A stretch of DNA of 63,556 bases, filler included, from Choristocarpus tenellus KU-1152 (GCA_964200185.2; 10 parts of 10 records of this genome joined end to end with filler, not necessarily neighbours in it); one strand, 5' to 3'; positions 1 through 13,620 are shown, counted from the first letter of the whole stretch. Numbers and translations: made by a program. Notes: generated from the letters alone by a model not told the origin.

Positions 1-2999
1 CGTAATTTTCGCACTCTTTGCGGACAGTCGCCATTCCATTTGCAATAGCTTCTTCGTCGACGCTGCCCGCTTGACCGTGGAGTAACATAAGAACAGTATT
101 CTCCCTGCTGCGACAATGTTGGATGAAGTGTGTTCGTCGCTGAAACTTGGTCTTCAATGAGAGTCCCTCCACCTGAGGTCTCCTAAGGAGTCATCACGAG
201 GTTTGCCGAGGGTGTGCTGATTGGACTCGGGCGTGAACCTCTGGCACTGGAAAAGGTGTTGGTGTCATTGAGGTCGTTGTGACGAAGCTGGAGTCAGAGT
301 CAGGGATGAGAGTTGGCAGAAGAGGGACAATGTGAGGATCTGGTTGCATATACTGTTGCAGGGTGCATTTTTTGGGGGGGGAGAATGAAATGAGGGTCAG
401 GGGATGGACATACACTTGTTTCAATTTTGGTACAACAGCAAGAGTTTACTTGATATATGGAAAATTAATATTTGTGTCTTGAACAACATGCAAGAACATC
501 CATGACTGACTGAGGTGAGAAGTTAAGGTTAACTTGACTGGGCGAAAGAAAATCACTCGTGTAACAATACACACCAGTAAAGTACTGAATTTGGCAGGAG
601 TAGTGGTCACGAGGGGTACTCTGGTCCCCTCCTACAGCCTTCGCCCTTCCTCTCTCATGGGATGCCCAAAGGAGTACTCTCTCTTATCGTTTTCAGTGCC
701 TCGACCAAGGATGATGCCGAGTTGCTTATTCTGATGAGCTCAAGTTCCTTGTAGAGGACTCTCTGCCACTACTTCCAGTTCATCCAACAAACTTTCGAGA
801 TCTAGAAAACCTTCTATTCCTATTTGCACTCCCAGGTCAGGGGCTTGAATTAGAAGTTGTTTGACGGGCTCCTCCATTGTGTGCAACACAAATTGACTGT
901 TTTTGCTGGTGACTGCAATGACATCTATCCACAGAAGCTGTGTGCTCACGTCCGTCTCTGCGCACTTCCTATCCCGCTCAGGTCCTTCATCCACACAGTT
1001 TCGTCAGGGTGACTACACTCAAGAAAGCACATCGAAGAACCCGACTTGGGTCAAGTTCTTCCGTGGATGACCAAACTGCAACTGAAATTCTATGGATCAC
1101 ATGCCCGTTGGGCATTGACAAATGGCGGAAAGATGTGAATAGCTGGACTGCCAGGTTGTGTTGTCGAGGTGCTTGAAGGACATCTGGTTAGAGTTGTTGA
1201 AGATGGTAGCGACGAGTCTAGACAATCTCTGCACATGAAGAAGAGGACCCGAGGAAGTTTGTTGTCTTGTTTGTTGGGAGAGGGGAGGGTGTTAGGTAGC
1301 AACTATTGACTATCAAGCACAAGGAAAGAGGAAAGAAGTGAATGACAAATGGTCTGTTCTTGCTCTTACCTGGACTAGTCGGAAGGAGGGCAGCACAAAA
1401 AAGAGAATAAATAAAAGAAAGGAGGGGAAAATGACAGACCTTAGCATAAGCATGCCCTATGCTTTCTGGAAAGAAGGAATACTTTTGTTTCTTTTTTCTC
1501 TTTGTGTTGAACCTCGAACGTTATCCCTAATCTTGCCGATTTCACCAGCACGATAGCAAGGAAGGAAGGCTTGATGGCAGTCAGGAGAGGTCATGTTACA
1601 ACACGCTCTAAGACTTACCTCCACAGGATGTATAGCTCCGATCCACAGGCCTATAGATGGCGCTGATGCCCGTACAGGACCCTGAGATACTCTGACGAAT
1701 ATCAGGTCAGCAGATGAAGGTATACACTTCATCAATGGAATGTTGCGACAGAGATATAAGAGTAAAGACGAGGGCTATCTCATCCATTAATCTCCTTCGA
1801 GTTTACAGATGCTGCAATATATCTGAAAACTATCGTTTTATTCAAAGTTACAGGTCTTACTCTGAAACTTCAGCAAATTGGACTTCCCCATTTTGGGGTT
1901 CCGTGCGCGTTTTTACTGCTTGCACTAGTTGGAGCGCGAGAAGAAATGCTTGCACTATTCGCCTGTTACATGTCCCCCAGCGTGAGCTAGGTATACATAT
2001 TCCACGCTTACCACGGGTAATTTTCATGGGTTAAGACAAAATACATTGTCTATCACCTCAATCGTGCTGCAGCAGGATGTATTAGTCGCCATTAGATGAC
2101 AGAGGACTCCAGTTCCGAATTAGCCAGTTGTTTCCAACGCAGGGATTTCTAATGGGTTTGGCAGGGACTCCACTCCAGTTTAAACAGAGCCAGTTGTTTC
2201 CGACACAGGGATTCCAGTTCCAAATTCACCAGTTGATTCCAACAATGATCGATATCTCGTTGTTTCTTCTGAGGATGAATCTCCAGAAGTCATAAGACAA
2301 CGTCAGAGTCAATATACGTTTGACCAAATCAGAGTATGCACTCTCATAAAACATAAATATGTAACTCCAACTGGCCCCAAAATAGATCAACAGATACCCT
2401 TGTATTCCTTGGGAGAATCTGTCCAAAGGGTCATTGAATACCATCAGAGCCAGTTTGTATCTGGCCTAATCCAAGATTACACTCGTTCCTTCAGAAACAC
2501 ACCTTCAAATTTTGCAAAGCATACATCTCTGACATGGCCTAGAATAAATGGATCCCCAGTTCCGACGTCCTCAATCACAAGTGCGATCAATGTATATCCT
2601 CGTTCCCTTTGGTAGAGTCCCTCCTAAAAGTCACAGGATACAATCTCACTCAATTTGGATCTGGGCTAATCTGAGTATACGTACTTTCTGAACCAGACCT
2701 TCAAAAGGTACAAAGTATATCGCTCTGTCTAGGTCTAAAATTAATGGGTCCTCAGTTTCAATCTTCTCAATCACAAATGTGAGAGATGTGTATGCATGGG
2801 TTTCTGTTCCATAGACTGCAAGGTTCTATTCGGTATCTATATCGTAAGTGTTGTCAAAGATTAAACTCACGATCCTGCACCATTCATAACCTACTGGATA
2901 CTTGCTGATTGCCTATCTTATGCCCCTCAAGAACAAACCGTACTCAAGCCTGCGAGTGTGCAAAACAGGCGCTATATGATAAGGTTATTCCATATATAT

Positions 3000-3237
3000 A
3001 GCTCGTTTTTCTTGAGGGATAAAAACAAACCAATGTTGCGATTTTGATATAATTTGGGCTATCGTGTTTGTTAGGAAGTGTCAATATCCTTGTTCAGGAC
3101 ACACCTTTCATAACGTATTCATTTTATCTACTCCAAAACATTTCGGAGTAGGTCAAATGCCATTAAAAACTCGTGGGAAACCAAGACTGTAACGGACAAA
3201 CAGGTCAAACCTTGTACCCTCTAAGATACTTTCACTC
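3000..3237 (+). mobile_element. MITE family A (left end degraded)
   Basis: CCAATGTTGCGATTTTGAT...GGAAGTGTCAATATCCTTGTTC...TACCCTCTAAGATACTTTCACTC. Confidence 0.8.
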
Positions 3238-4149
3238 ATCTACTCCTACGTCATTCTTCCCTGTAGAATACAAAGTTTACTTAGCACGAGAAGTGAGATT
3301 GACCCCCTCTCCAACTTCGTGGAGGAAGATTTTTCGAACAGGGCTTTTGCTGTTCCCCACTGTGTTCGGCATGAACTGGCCAGAAGGTCTCCGCGTCCTG
3401 GATAAGCTTGATCGAGTTGTTGTGTAAGAAGAGCACGGCCTTTGAGGCACAGACTACCCTAGACAATACTGAGAGCATGGTACAGCTCCTAGTTATTGAG
3501 ATCCCATTCCTCCTCAATATCATCTCTAAGAAGTTATCGTAAGACATTGATTGGCCATGAGGTTCTCAGCGCGGTGAGGCAATTTGCCTAGAATAATAGT
3601 TGGTGAACTGGAGCCTCTCCAGTCCCGCCAGTCAATATTGTGCATGGCTTTGGAGCCTGGACCTATACCTCAGCCTATGCTTGCGGCGCACATAAAATCC
3701 ACCAGACCCTGAACTCCTAAAAATGTCCTGATCTTGGGCTCCCAGACCTCCTCACGTTGCTGGCATCCAAATTTATTAGGACCACCATAGTTAGGTGACA
3801 TGTGGACTAAATTTTAACTGGAATCTCAGAACTCTTCACCCATGATGGGTTCAATGGGTTCACCTTTGGGTCTGCCCTATGCTGCATGCTTGCCTTCATC
3901 GTAGGGTCATGACCACCACAAACTCTACTTCCAATCCATTCTATGAGAAGTAGTTAGTTGAATGCCCTAGCAGTCTTCCACAGTTATTGGCAACTCCTGA
4001 TATCTCCTCCTGTATTCTGCTGGACTGTGGGCTTTATCTCGAACTTCACGTAGGAAGGACTAATGGAAACCCTTTTCCTTATCCAGACACGTTCAGTGTT
4101 GGTCGATAACCAATGATCAACATATATTATGTTAAATAGTAAAAAGATC

Positions 4150-4296
4150 AATGTTTTTCAAATTTATGACAACTGTGACTTTTTTAGGGATTTTTCTGAT
4201 ATGTGAATAGTTTCCATTGATAGTAATATTTGGTATTAATAGTCTTCATTGATTTTCCCCCTGACACATCTACAAAATATCAGAGGGCATAATAAG
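4150..4296 (+). mobile_element. 3'-UTR fragment of the RLE retrotransposon
   Basis: TTTTCCCCCTGACACATCTACAAAATATCAGAGGGCATAATAA matches the element end. Further fragments at 23600-23710 (-), 23880-23964 (+), 45189-45290 (-) and 49562-49600 (+). Confidence 0.75.
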
Positions 4297-4736
4297 ATAC
4301 ACTACGTTGAAGTATTGCGTACCTCATGGAGAAGCAGAAGAGATACACACTAGAATATTGCTTGATGGTACCATTATAGAGTAATTGATTAGCACAAGAT
4401 GGGGGATGTCATCACCTTCTTGTACCAGAAGAATCACCTATCCTTCTCTTCCTCGTGTGGATGTAGTAGAATGTTAAGGTATTCCCAAAATCATCAAAGA
4501 GGGTAAAGGGGATAAACCCGGTGCATTGCTTGATGTCTGTAGAGTGATTGATTAAATTTAGGTGGGGCATGCAAGTCCCCATAAAATCAGAAATATTTCC
4601 TTTTATATGAGAAAGCTTATCTTTCAACTAATCACTAGTAAAAGGTTCTGATAACTCAGCCACTAATTGATTGTTCCGTTACTCTGTAACTGTCCACGTA
4701 ACTGTCCGATAGAGTTGGAAGAGTCTAATCGAACAC

Positions 4737-4836
4737 NNNNNNNNNNNNNNNNNNNNNNNNNNNNNNNNNNNNNNNNNNNNTTAATTAATTAANNNNNNNN
4801 NNNNNNNNNNNNNNNNNNNNNNNNNNNNNNNNNNNN
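4737..4836. other. Artificial contig linker 1
   Basis: 44 N + TTAATTAATTAA + 44 N; stop codons in all six frames; identical to the other eight linkers. Confidence 0.97.
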
Positions 4837-6686
4837 GCGAGATGAGCAGCGCGCACTAACTAATCACACCAGGTACGCTAAGCCACACCACACCACCACC
4901 AGAGCTTTTGGAAAACATACACGGCAGAGAGCATGGCAAGGACGGCACAACAAAATGCTCGCACATAGCCCGGCAGAAAAGGAACCGCAACCGGGAAACC
5001 AACAGGAACCTCACCCTACCGACATAGATCTCGAACAAAGCTTCTTGATTTGTCAACTAAACAGTCAAGGTTGTAACCGAATCCTTTCATTTTATTTTTT
5101 TTACTTCACTGCGTCGCTAAGTGCTTCATTTGCTGCCCACAGTTTCAACGAAACCGATATACGCATGGTTTGCGCAGAACTGAAACAATTTACTCTGTGC
5201 CTCCAAATAGAGCTCCAGAGCGTATTGTTGTTGTAAAATTATTTCCGCCCAGCTATATATTTTGTGCGTGTGTCATTGTGTCAGTGTGTAGCGTAGTGTA
5301 ATATATACATAATATGTGTAATATATACATAATATATAGTTACAACATAATATGTAGTTACAAGAAACCTCTACTGTATGTAGGAATCATCTTGGGCCAA
5401 TTTGTGATACACTCACAAACTGTTTCGATCTACAACACCACAAGGATTTGTGGAGAACAGAATTGACAACGCAGAGCTCAGCTGCGCCCTTGGTGGCATC
5501 ATTGATGCAAGGCTGCCCAAATTTTTCCAGACAATATGTTGATGCCATCCTAGGGTTGGTTCTGTTGCCACGACCACATCCCGTCTCAAAAACAATCAAA
5601 TGAGAATCACGAGGTAGTTTTCTAGGTTGTTCCTTGGCATGCCTTACATCACGAGATGAATCATGATGTGAATCAGTGCACACAAGGAAACTCCACACAC
5701 ACACCCCATCCTTTAACTCCTTGACACTCAACCATTCCACAGTAAAGTAAAGGCGCAACAGCACCAATAGTTCCATTCCGGATAGTGTCGCAGTTAAAAG
5801 CTGATCCGACCACGACCACCCCAACAGGCTCCCAACTTCAATAACTCGCCAACTACATCGAAGGGCACAATACCACAAGTGCTAGTAATCTATGTCCCTC
5901 CTGACACCAGGGGACCTTTTCAGCAAAAAGAGTCCAGATGTAACGGTTTTCAGCATCATGGGCTCAACTGGGAAGTTGGACAGACGGACGGGAAACAACC
6001 ATACTTAAAAGATGAAAATTAAAAAGTGTGCTCGTCGTCTCTGTCTGACTTAGATCTCGGTGGACTCAGCCATCGTGATCGGAGCCGAGCCCACAGTCAT
6101 CAGCACGGTGTGTGCCTCAAGGTACAGTACCAAAGGTTTTTATAGGTCCTTGCTGTCTCGAGTGAAGTGTCGCCCCCCAACTCGGTGACAAGAATCAGAT
6201 TGTCTATGGCAATTCACTTGAGTTGAACGATTGAATTAAAAAAAAAGGATGTTCCGCCGGCATTGATATTTGCAAAGAGCTTCCGGTTGAACTTTATTGT
6301 TAAAAAAAATCCCCATTAAATTCCTTCATTTTTTTTTTTTGTCAACCGTGGAAATTTCCAAGAAGCAATCAAAACCTCGTTTCCTCCTACACATCTACAA
6401 GAAGTAACCCTCAAGATTACTCATCAACACGAGAAATTTCAAGGAACTCTTGGATATGAACAGGAGAAATATCTCTCAACTGGACCAGCTATTATTAGTG
6501 GCAAAAGTCATAAGATGGATGCACAAGACCTTGGCCAAAACGTCAAAAGGCCGTAACACAAAGTGAATCGGTACGAAAACAAAATATATTCCAGCGTATT
6601 AATATCTTACTGCAAACACATGCCTACCAAAATACCAGAGCCATCCACCAGGCTGGCAAATTAAAATGGACCGGTCCATAGGACGG

Positions 6687-6852
6687 ACCGGTCCCATAAT
6701 TGTCTCACATGTACCAGTCCCATAATTGTCTCACATGTACCGGTCCCATAATTGTCTCACAATTACCGGTCCCATAATTGTCTCACAATTACCGGTCCCA
6801 TAACTGTCTCACATGTACCGGTCCCATAATTGTCTCACATGTACCGGTCCAT
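6687..6852 (+). repeat. 26-27-bp tandem minisatellite (~6 units) within a dispersed repeat
   Basis: ACCGGTCCCATAATTGTCTCACA(TGT/ATT) head-to-tail without spacers; related sequence at 6640-7180, 49080-49330 (reverse complement) and 60960-61330. Confidence 0.9.
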
Positions 6853-8263
6853 GCCCACCAGTCGAACCGTTCCTAACCATGTCTGACATGTCCGGACCAT
6901 GTCCACTAGGTATGGTACTGGTCCTTGGCTGCCAGAAACAGGTCTAACATTCACCATCATGTTCGGACTGTGCCCACTAGGTACCATTCTGGTCCATGTC
7001 CGCTGACCACACCAGGTCTAACATTCTCTAACATGTCCGGCCCATGTCTGTTAGGTGGTTTAGCCTTTACTGACATGTCTAGACCATGTCCAGTAATTCC
7101 TGTACTAGTCCAGTCCACAGGTCAGGCACGCCTGCTCCTGGACCAGCCTGATTCAGACAGAACCGTCCAAATCGATTAAGAAACAATCCTCCGCAGATAG
7201 ATTTTGTTTGGAGGTCCCAATGCGCACACACCTAAAAAAAAATACAAAAAACACGAAACAGAAGTCCATTCCTGCTGTTCCCCGATTGACTCAAAACAGC
7301 TCGCTTCACTCCCCAAAAAAAAATTCCTTTACTCTCGACACTAACAAGTGCATAATGCTTGCCACGACCTTAGGGTTAGGGATACTGGAACTGAGGCCCA
7401 AAAAGGTAGTCCAAAGAAGGCAATACACGCTGCTTGAAGCTAGGACCAAAGAAGAGAAGCAAAGCAGGTAAGAAGGTAAGAGGAGGAAGAATAGAACCCT
7501 TCTAATCACCACCAGACAAGCGTTTTTACAGTTTCAAATAAGGCATCGGGTCATCGGCGCTACAGTGCGGCTAAGAAAAAACCATTGACGGTTTATGTAA
7601 AATTACTTGCATTGTTCGAGTCGAAGCATAGAGCATCATACTGCTCCAACAAGTACCAATTTCCAAGTCAGCACTAGACTGAAATTTCCAGGTTGTAGTT
7701 AGCGGGCCACGGGGACTTTACATTCTTCTATTTCAAACGTTACACTGGACTTCCATTGCTTGAAACTGTAAAATCTTGTACCATTTTTTGGAGTGTACAG
7801 GTTCGTGGGGTATGCTACAACAGGGCTGACCTGCACGTCAAACATATTCTACCCAGCCAGCCCTGAGTGAAATGTTCTGAAATGATCATGTCCGTGGTTG
7901 CTGGTACTTCAACATAGCTAGGCCGCCGGATGGCCGGCACCATGCGAGTTCAAAGATGGCCGAGTCCATAGCTGCTACTACTTCAATATGGCAGGGACCC
8001 ACCAGCCCTGTACAACCAAGTTCAAACATGGCCAAGTACATGTCGATCAACCGTTCAATATGCTGAGGCACTCCCCAGCCCATGACCATGACCCAGACAG
8101 ACATGCTCACTGCCCGGCTCAGTGAATGACCCTGCAAATTACCATTTCATACTCAACTTGTTTTTATCTAGTCCTATTGTTGACCATGTGGTAAGGTATG
8201 GAAGTTGAGCAAATTGCACAGTATCTCTTTTGCAAGGAGTGGATTTGATTTTAGCACTCCTAC

Positions 8264-9853
8264 CTGACTCATTGCCCCACCGCCCTCTTTTCCTGCCCCT
8301 GATCCTGACTGCATGAAGAGTGCCACACCAAAGACAATCAGCCCCACATTAACATATTTCTTCACTGGATACTTCTTGCCCATAATAGCCCCCATGAGCA
8401 TCACTGGGATGGGCTTGCAGCTCTTGCCCAGCACCTGTAGAGTATGAACAGGGGTGGGGGGTGGTAAGATCAATACTTGCTCTCAATACAGGGTATAAAA
8501 ACTTCAATGTACACTTACCATGTTTTCCATGTGGTCGCCACAATATTGACTACAAAACTGTCTTATAGAGGTCGGAGGGGGGGGACAGTGCAAGCCTTGC
8601 TACGTTGTAGTGGTCAAATATAGGGAGTGGGTGGTCACGGCAATGCACCCTTTCCATGCTGCGTCAATCACCCACGACATTAAGAGGCTCTGGTAGGTAG
8701 GAGATCAATGGGGCGAAGCAATGCTACCTGCAAATCATTAAAGGACGCTAGGTGTACACATGAAAGCTCCCAGCAGTCGACCTTAAAATATGCTCAGGTG
8801 AAACCATCCACTCCCTCTCGTATATTTGACAAGGCTACACGTGACTCAACAGGTCAAAAGATTTAACACAATCACCATCCAATATCAAGATATCAAGGAG
8901 TCCTATTCTCAAATCTCCGTGTAGGGCAATGGATCGTTTCTAACTCCAGAGATAGGTTGGCATACGGGCTGGTTGGTGGGATAGAACTAGCAAGGCACTA
9001 ATGACAATCGAAAAGGGCTCAGCGAGCAGCTAGAACAAACCTGTACGGGATAGATGACGTAGCGCAATGATCGCACAGAGGTGAACGTGGATCCCATGGA
9101 TGTCATGCCCAGCACAAGCATCTGCGGCTTGGGTATTGTGGTTGGCTCCTGGACAACAGTAGCACGAAGTGAATAGAAACGGATTTAGGGTAATGAGGGA
9201 TGAGGCCGTAGGTGGTCTGAAAACACTTTACGAAGTTTGTTCAGAGTCGACAGGTGTACAAAGAGGATAGCGTGTGGCAACTGGTTAGTACTCGCAGTGA
9301 CCTGTGCAAGAACGATGCAATTAATCCTACTCGGGTCATTAGTTACTAGAATGGGAGAAACAGTCCCGTGCTTTAGCACTTGGAGAGGAAGAAAGTGCAG
9401 CCAAAACGATACACACCATTTGGATAGGTGGGTCACACCTACACCCTGGGTCGGCTCGGGCACAAAGAGGAACCCACCCTTGTACTATGCAGATCATTCG
9501 TATATAAATCAGTCTATCTTGCACCGCTCGGACGGAAACGGCAGGGGTGTGACTAGAACACTCACCTCCCCTCGGACAAATCTTCCGACGTAAGCGGTGA
9601 TGCTGTACAACAGCGACGTGAGAAAGATCATCGAGAGTTCCGGTAGTTTTCTTCCCCCCGATGTGGCATATTCTAATAGTATCCCGTACACGATGAACGA
9701 TGACATGATACCCAAAAAGCAGACCCCCAGCCAGATGTAACCCGCGTTTGGGGTGTCATAGCCATCCTTCGCACCATGCCCACCTCCGCCATGTCCACCC
9801 CCGCCACTATGTCCGGGCAAAGAGATGCCATTAACTTTGGCCTCAGTCGTCAT
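8264..9853 (-). CDS. UAA-family / SLC35B-like nucleotide-sugar (UDP-galactose-type) transporter, first three coding exons; 3' part not found in this contig
   Basis: GT-AG exons 9853-9566 (MTTEAK...[15 protein letters not shown]...FVRGE), 9148-9041 ([36 protein letters not shown]) and 8434-8264 ([22 protein letters not shown]...GVALF) all join in phase 0. '[21 protein letters not shown]...GKKY' is the SLC35B/UAA signature. Confidence 0.9.
8602..8842. mobile_element. Small inverted-repeat element (MITE-like) in intron 2 of the transporter gene
   Basis: ACGTTGTAG..GTCAAATATAGGGAGTGGGTGGT is the imperfect reverse complement of ACCATCCACTCCCT....TATATTTGAC...CTACACGT. Confidence 0.5.
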
Positions 9854-10899
9854 TTCCACGGCCAGTGGAGGAGGCACTCTTGGGACCTGCACTAGAGGGT
9901 GGGTTGAGAGAGCAAACACAACAATAGTAGTAACCTGAATTTCCCAAATCCTAACTCGTAAAGTGGGTTTCCACGAACCTGAAAGACATTATTGCTTGCT
10001 ATTTACTTCTGTTCCAAATCTCGATCCCCACCAATACTTTGTAAACTAATTGCCAATTTTGATTTCCAGTAACATACACCACTTAATCTTTGAATGTACG
10101 ATGCAATGATACTGAAAACTATTGTGGACTAGATTCCATCTAACAACAAATTGTCCATCCTTACGGCGAAGGCTTCAAAACCCAGGATAGATAGGAATGA
10201 GCGGTAAAAGAGACCATAGAGGGGTTGGGGTACTGGGGACACAGCAAGTGACTGGAAATATGAACAAAAAGCACTTATTATGTATGCCATGCTCTTGAAG
10301 AGGTTTACAAGAGAAGAAAAGGACTTTCACTACTCGCCAACATATTATTTTCAGTTCACCCATGAACAAAGGATCTCACATCTGCATGGACCCGAATGGG
10401 AGGAGGTGCGTAGTGTCGTACCTTACTACTCCTCAATCCAACTGAGCCCTTAACATCATTTAGAACCACTATCCCGATGTGTGCACTCACTAAAAGATAC
10501 AATAATCTTGTCAATTTGTACATTCGCTAAAAGATGTCATCCCACAGGACGAAACAGAGTGAAGGGTGGTCAACATCGAGTTTTCATAAAGAATAAGCCA
10601 TGTTGGACATTTCAATACGAGCAACCCATCAAGCACAAACTCTAACACAGATCAGAACGGAGACTCCTTCGATACGGTATTTGATACCTCGAGTACGATC
10701 TAATATCTGAAGACCCCTTGTTTGGACATTATGAAACTTAATAATGCACGATATGGCTTCATCCGTCCATTATACTTGGACAATATATTTTAGCAAATAA
10801 ATGCGGACGTCATAACGGTTCTTCTGTAAACATATTTTTTATATTGTTTGTTACTCACCCGCTGACATTAAAATACCTTGTTTTTGAGTAGTTAATTTC

Positions 10900-11064
10900 A
10901 GGCCCTGACCCGCCATCACAGCTAGTGTGGATAAGGAGCAAATGCATGGACCTCCACACAAGCCCTGGAACCAGCACGCCAGATCCTTCCTACAGAGTTT
11001 AGACTCACTGGCAGCAGATCCCTAAAGAGGGAGAAGGCCCTATCCAACAGGTGCCCAGTGGCTG
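10900..11064 (+). mobile_element. 5' portion of an RLE retrotransposon fragment, cut by the contig end
   Basis: GANAWTSTQALEPARQI...SRSLKREKALSNRCPVA aligns with 46240-46335 and with 37560-37679 (reverse complement). Confidence 0.75.
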
Positions 11065-11164
11065 NNNNNNNNNNNNNNNNNNNNNNNNNNNNNNNNNNNN
11101 NNNNNNNNTTAATTAATTAANNNNNNNNNNNNNNNNNNNNNNNNNNNNNNNNNNNNNNNNNNNN
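11065..11164. other. Artificial contig linker 2
   Basis: Same 100-nt N/TTAATTAATTAA/N structure. Confidence 0.97.
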
Positions 11165-11948
11165 GGCAAAACTCTTACCCTCCAAGATACTTTCACTCTT
11201 ACCTGGTCAGTTTTTATAGTCAACACTCCCCCCTCCTCCATCGCCACCTCTAGTTTCACCACCACTACCGCTTCTCATCAAACCATCCCTCCCTTCAATG
11301 ACTTCACTTCCAGTGCCCTCCCTGGTCATGAGAGTGGAGGCATCCATTGCATAGTTGCTCTGAGGCCCCTCCTCCAGTCACGGCTACCCTCTACTTCCTC
11401 AAGAGGAATATCCTTCACAAGGGTGGTGGGATACAGGGGAAGAAGGGAAGGAGCTGTGTCCTTGATAACATGGATAACATGCCTGATCTGACCCCTCCCT
11501 GTCTAACGCTGGCGAAGATACACCTTCCGTCGGGCATTCTTCTGTAGTACACATTTGTTGTGATTTGTGGATCAAAGTTGTTTCCAGACGTCGCTGTGAC
11601 GCTTTATTTTGTCCTCCAAGTGCTTCTGGGGAGTCCGGGACCAGATTATACTCGATTGCATGGACACATCTGTACACACACTGCATCTGTGTAAAAGAAG
11701 GTTTCATGTTAACTACAGGCGACATTGAACGATGGCTTCAGGTGAAGGGACTAAGCAACCTCCTTCTCATGACTTGGACCATGTAGGGGGTCGAGTAGGA
11801 GAGGTAGAAGATATCAGTCCGGTGAACAACAGAGGTCATCTTCAAACCTACCTCAAACCTAATTGAGGAGGGGTTTCTTGCTTGATGTGGTATACAAGGA
11901 CGTCTACACTTGTGACACAGACCTCCAAAGAAAAGGGTCTATGACATA

Positions 11949-12206
11949 GATTCAAGATATCTTAGAGGGCAGAGCCGCGTTCATTTTGGCGGCAGGATCA
12001 AATGTTGTGATTTTGACGCAATTTTGTCTATCATGTTTATTAGGAGCGTCAATATCCTTGTTCTGGACAAACCTTTTCATAACGTACACATTTTGCCTAC
12101 TCCGAAACGTTTCGGAGTAGGTAAAATGTCATAAATAACCCGTGGGAAGCCAAGCCCAAAACGGACCAACAAAACAAAACTCTTACCCTCTAAGATACTT
12201 TCACTC
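11949..12206 (+). mobile_element. MITE family A
   Basis: Degenerate left TIR, intact right TIR, conserved interior; a contig-truncated right end also lies at 11165-11198. Confidence 0.8.
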
Positions 12207-12419
12207 AGAAGGTGAAACAAACATGTACAGGAACACACTCTTATTCGGGATAGTACATGCTTGTGTAATTTTCGAACAACGCCAAACTATTGTACACAAT
12301 TGCTTACATACACCAGCACACAATCCGACACACCCCCATTGCCATATGATGGATGTGATCATGACATCCAGAGAGTGTACGGGAAGCCTAACACGGAGGA
12401 GAACTGTGTATATCACATG

Positions 12420-13620
12420 AGTACATCAAAAAGGCATTCACGGTCCCTTGTAGACAAATCATTCGACTACCTGTTAAAATTCAAGTATCGTTATCACATA
12501 AAAGGTGCATCCCCTAAGACAGTACAGAGCTTCGTCTAGATCATCTGCATGTCGTGGTACTTGAGACCTGTGGAAGATTAAGATGGTGCGTTTGTCTTTA
12601 TGTACAAAACGAGACCTTCAAGAGGACGAGGCGTTATAGGAAAGCGCCGTGCATTTTACGGTAACAGAATCATTCCGCGCAGGAAAGAGTTTGTACACAT
12701 CATCCAACGTGCGGGTTCCATTCCTTCTGTCTTGACAGATTGTGCACTTTGTAGTGTGTGTATCAAGTGCATTGCGTTAATTGTGATTGCTGGCAGAGCA
12801 CTTGTAACCAATGTTGCATAAAAATGTGCGACCACAAAGAATCCCTGACACTGCCCCCCCCCTACACACCGCCTACAGATCCACTCTTACCACCAGCATG
12901 GAGTACAAATGTGCCCCAAAGAAATACGAAGCAGATTCTTTGTTTAATGAGCTCACATCCTGCTATATTTGTGCAAATTATGTTGGCAGTGCTTGAAGCG
13001 CATCCAAAGGTTTACACTCCCAAAGAATTTGCCGCATAAACCCATATACCCAGAAAGGTTTGGAGAGCATATTCTTAACACTGCCAAGATCCTTCACAGC
13101 AGGGGGTGCATGTTTGTGTGTGGATCACTTCACGAGCTATACGTGGATGACATTTGTGCTGAACAAGACAGTGTCCCTTGTAGCTGAATTCATGGCACAC
13201 ATAATGATCGAAATGAAAGAATTATTTCGTGTCAGGGGTGATGTAGTGGACGCCGAAATGGAGGATTAAACATAAGAGATTATGAACTACACCATGAGGT
13301 TGTACAGGTGAGAGGCAGCGCAAGTGAAGCTTGTTAAATGTGGTGCAAATTCTGTAAAGCTGTATAATGCATCACACACATACGCACACACCCATGTTCA
13401 GAATGAAGGTCTTCACCCATAAATAATCCTAGACACATACTTTGAACGCACCCCCCCACACGTTTGCATCCTAAACAAATACAGGGCGTAAATGAGTACA
13501 TCGTGAGGTTTGCCAGGGAGAGTGAGGGTCTGAGGGCCATGTGGCAATCTTGCAACGGGTCTGAATTCAAGACCTGTGGTGTAGGCGAGGTTGTCAATGC
13601 AGAGGGGTCGGTCATGTGCT
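12420..13620 (+). pseudogene. Decayed retroviral-type (rve) integrase with H2C2-like zinc-finger remnant (Ginger- or Gypsy-like)
   Basis: H...KYRYHIKG...TVQSFV*IICMS; ERFGEHIL; CVDHFTSYTWMTFVLNKTVSLVAEFM (first catalytic region); WQSCNGSEFK (degenerate QSDNGxEF). Stops and frameshifts throughout. Confidence 0.6.

Noticed and set aside
731-760. CTGATGA as a hammerhead ribozyme core
   Set aside because: No stem II followed by GAAA and no closing stems found
6687-6852. 26-27-bp repeats as a CRISPR array
   Set aside because: Units are head-to-tail with no unique spacers, no cas genes are present, and the context is eukaryotic
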